From: Rhizobium sp. Q54
GTDB lineage: Bacteria > Bacteroidota > Bacteroidia > Sphingobacteriales > Sphingobacteriaceae
Assembly (NCBI GenBank): GCA_943360385.1
Contig: CALRIM020000001.1
Coordinates: 274-64,273, forward strand
Length of the DNA stretch: 64,000 nucleotides
Direction: 5' to 3'
Part shown: positions 61,117 through 64,000 of the stretch, piece after piece
Position numbering within the stretch: position 1 is the stretch's first letter
How the letters are laid out: each line of letters begins with the position of its first letter
Program-made: the position numbers and the translations under genes
The notes under the pieces: generated by a model
Database searches by the model: none
What the model saw: only the letters and a program-made list of their open reading frames with translations
Told to the model about the DNA's origin: nothing

Positions 61117-64000
61117 TTAATTTTTGCTAACCTTTTTACCTCAACTTGTGTGCCGTTAATTAACAATTTATAAAAATAGATACTAGGAGATAGCTGCTCC
61201 AGCTCCATAACCAAGGTGCCTTGTTTGGTGTTAATTTTCTTCTTAGTTATAAGTGATCCATTAATGTCATAAATTTCTATAGAAGAATTTGTAACATCAT
61301 CAATTTTATAGGGAATATAAAACTTGTTATTCACAGGGTTTGGATAACCATCACCTAAGAAACGAGTATTATTTTCAGCAATTAAGGGTTGAACAATATT
61401 GTTATTACTTCTTCCTGAATAGGTAGAACAGTGCCCAACAGTATCTCCAAAAATAGCTTGAATTAAGTTTGCGGCTTGCTTACTTTCCATCGTTTGTGGG
61501 CATTGAGTAGCGAATGAATATAGAAACTCTTTCTCTAGAGAATCCATTTCCCAATATGTTCTATTTTCCGATCTTATACTCATTAAAAAGTTACTGTAAT
61601 CAGCAAAACGCTGATCGCCTTCGTTGTTTATTAACAATTTGCCCCTATAGCTACTTGCTAGATCATAATTACCTTGAAATAATGCATCGCTAAATTGCAC
61701 TTTGGTAATATCGTTAGAATAATCCTCGTCTAAAAAGTCCAAGGCGTTTTCTAACTCATCTGTTAGGTCCATTATTTCCAAGTAATTTGTAACATAAAAC
61801 ATTTTCTCCTTTTCTGTTTTATCAATATCTATTTCAATGGCTTTAGGGGTTCTAACTGTTGGGTTATACCCCATTAAATCTTGAATTGTTTCTTTTATAC
61901 CTGGGAATTCTTCTCTTATTACAGTGTTCAAGTCAGCATTCAGATTATCATATATAGGCAAATTATAGGTCATTAAGTTTAAAAGACCTTCTTCGCTAAT
62001 GGAACTAGGTGAATTCAATATTATAGCCAACACATTTTCCGATAATGGAGAATGGTCAATGAGTATAGTGTTGATATCATCCCAATTTTCTGTGGTATTG
62101 AGGAGCGTAATTAACTCTTCGGTATTGTTTTGATCGAGGTTTCCTGAAACAGTTGTTAATTCGTCGGTAAAAGTATTCGCAATTCCTCTTAAGGCATCGA
62201 TGTGCAATTTAATGGGAGCTGGCTCAGATAGTACTGGCAAAACACAAGAAGTTGCATAATCCACATAATTCTCTTTATTATCTATTACATTAAACCAACT
62301 ATCATCTGGTAAGGGTGTACAAAAATCATTGATATGTCTATAATAATAACTAGGGTTTAATTGATTAGAATTTTTAATTTTTCGCACTGCTAAAGACATA
62401 CTACTCCCTTGATCAAAAATATTTCCAGCTGGTGTGGTCTTTGGATATAACGTATTTATTGTATTTGGAACACCCTGATTACCAAAATAATCGTTTATCT
62501 CCCAAACTCTTTTTTGAGTATTTATTGGAGCCTCGTAATACTTGAAGTTATTGCATTTTATCAATAACTTTCTATTATTTCCTTCAGTGACAATAAATGG
62601 CTTGTCACTATTCGCCTCAATTTTATTTCCTACCGTTTTGTTACCGATAAAACCATAGTTCGCAGAAACTGGATCTCCTACTACTTTAATAGCTGTTCCA
62701 TAATATCTAATGATATTATCCCTGACAATAAAATTAGAAGACTGCAACTCTATTGCTGGGCCCTCAGTTGATATTATAGATGTTGGAGGACCAAAATCTC
62801 TAATTAAATTACTCTGAATATTATCTCCATTGGAACCATTTGTTTTAATACAAGATTGAACCAAAGAAAGAAAAGTATTATCATAAATCGTATTATTTGA
62901 GTACACATCAAACACTCCATTGATGTAAACAGCCAAAGGGGAATTATCGAAAGTATTTGTTTTTACTTTTATCGCCCTTGAATTGGTTAGCGTAACGGGG
63001 TGGTTAATTCCATTAAAAGTATTATTTGATATTTCGACTCCTTTCATGTTTATAACGTCTATCCCCTGGCTACTACGGCCTTTGGGGAAAACAACATTAG
63101 GATTGGAGCCAAGTATATGCGGATTATGCCCTTTTAGTTCGAAATAATCTTCGTTCTCTGAGTAATAATATGGATCTTTTAATCCCCAAGTGGTTGAAGT
63201 AAAACTGCTATTCTTAATTATACTTTTGTTGTAGAGAAAATAATCTTGACCGTAAAATCTAATACTAGTACCATTATTTATAAACTTAGCACCGTCTATT
63301 TGCAACATCCCACCTCCTGTACCACTAACGTGTGCATTATATCCAAAATCACCTTGATTTAAACTTGCCTTTATTGGCATTGTTATCGTCTCCCCCACAA
63401 TAATACCTATATGTGCATCTTGAATGGTCGCATTGTTAATCATTGTTAAATTACCCTTTATGTAATTAACATTATTGTCATCAATTTTACTTTGAACTTC
63501 AATGCCAAACCACATAAACTCATCTTGTGGCGCATTCTGTCCTTTAAACCCCCTTAAAGTACATCCATTCAATTTAAGGTATGCACCTGGCTCAACAATT
63601 ATTTTACCATATGGACCAAACATTACTGTAATATCGCTTATCACTAACGATGCTCCAGACTTAATTCTCAATTCGCCTTTTATTTCGAATCGGCTTCCAA
63701 TTGTACTCCATATTAAGGGATTACTAATTGGTGCCACTTGACTTGTAATAGTTATGTCTTTAGCATTTGCATAAGGATTAACAAAATTGTTAACTACCAT
63801 AGAAGTATAGGTTCTATAATTTATTCCTGCAGTATTTTTACTTGCTTTGATATTTGGAGCGACATAAATTACATTTCGTTGCGATTTTAAATCACATTCA
63901 TTATAATAATGGGTTTTTACAAAATAATTTCCTGGTTTGGTATATGTATGGTAAACTAATTCAATTGTTGCATCTGGTGTAATAGAAGTATAAGTTGTTC
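61113..64000 (-). CDS. Partial CDS (5' end beyond right edge): large T9SS-sorted protein with PKD-like segment, parallel beta-helix repeats and a T9SS C-terminal domain
   Basis: The track starts at ATG 63800, but the frame stays open to base 64000 (hand translated: ...HTYTKPGNYFVKTHYYNECD..., PKD-like) and M63800 has no signal peptide. CTD reads GYPNPVNNKFYIPY...IYFYKLL. It overlaps the downstream gene by 4 nt (ATGA). Confidence 0.75.
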   Translation of the reverse strand, partial: TTYTSITPDATIELVYHTYTKPGNYFVKTHYYNECDLKSQRNVIYVAPNIKASKNTAGINYRTYTSMVVNNFVNPYANAKDITITSQVAPISNPLIWSTIGSRFEIKGELRIKSGASLVISDITVMFGPYGKIIVEPGAYLKLNGCTLRGFKGQNAPQDEFMWFGIEVQSKIDDNNVNYIKGNLTMINNATIQDAHIGIIVGETITMPIKASLNQGDFGYNAHVSGTGGGMLQIDGAKFINNGTSIRFYGQDYFLYNKSIIKNSSFTSTTWGLKDPYYYSENEDYFELKGHNPHILGSNPNVVFPKGRSSQGIDVINMKGVEISNNTFNGINHPVTLTNSRAIKVKTNTFDNSPLAVYINGVFDVYSNNTIYDNTFLSLVQSCIKTNGSNGDNIQSNLIRDFGPPTSIISTEGPAIELQSSNFIVRDNIIRYYGTAIKVVGDPVSANYGFIGNKTVGNKIEANSDKPFIVTEGNNRKLLIKCNNFKYYEAPINTQKRVWEINDYFGNQGVPNTINTLYPKTTPAGNIFDQGSSMSLAVRKIKNSNQLNPSYYYRHINDFCTPLPDDSWFNVIDNKENYVDYATSCVLPVLSEPAPIKLHIDALRGIANTFTDELTTVSGNLDQNNTEELITLLNTTENWDDINTILIDHSPLSENVLAIILNSPSSISEEGLLNLMTYNLPIYDNLNADLNTVIREEFPGIKETIQDLMGYNPTVRTPKAIEIDIDKTEKEKMFYVTNYLEIMDLTDELENALDFLDEDYSNDITKVQFSDALFQGNYDLASSYRGKLLINNEGDQRFADYSNFLMSIRSENRTYWEMDSLEKEFLYSFATQCPQTMESKQAANLIQAIFGDTVGHCSTYSGRSNNNIVQPLIAENNTRFLGDGYPNPVNNKFYIPYKIDDVTNSSIEIYDINGSLITKKKINTKQGTLVMELEQLSPSIYFYKLLINGTQVEVKRLAKIK

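Overview
AT-rich Bacteroidota-type chromosomal segment, almost fully coding. The core is the conserved translation/transcription block on the minus strand (18.7-33.8 kb): rpsU, a XerC-like recombinase, hpf, tRNA-Thr(TGT)/Tyr/Gly/Thr(GGT), tuf, tRNA-Trp, secE, nusG, rplK-rplA-rplJ-rplL, rpoB, rpoC. The flanks carry housekeeping genes (hslR, dapD, miaA, cca, apt, rny, zapA, pheT, radC, rpsT, dnaN, glyQS). They also carry a heavy-metal RND efflux operon whose pump gene is fused in frame to its outer-membrane factor, a gldA-gldF-gldG-DUF4340 cluster, and an OlsF-like aminolipid acyltransferase. A TonB-dependent receptor sits next to a 1042-aa T9SS-sorted protein made of two diverged copies of a ~415-aa module, and two more T9SS cargo genes lie at the right edge. 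I saw no rRNA, CRISPR array, transposase or prophage genes. The most unusual signal is non-coding. Nearly every larger intergenic gap is built from degenerate 7-8-nt (also 22- and 33-nt) tandem repeats. These often form inverted arms that abut stop codons and clamp a terminator hairpin or, in one case, a whole four-helix-bundle (23S-IVS/Avd family) gene. A left-edge partial gene, absent from the ORF track, encodes a membrane-anchored FliG-like protein. Several ORF-track starts look over-extended (rpoB, rpoC, rplJ, secE, apt, cca, DUF4340, comEA-like, xerC-like) and were trimmed. All similarity statements are by-eye motif recognition; no searches were run.
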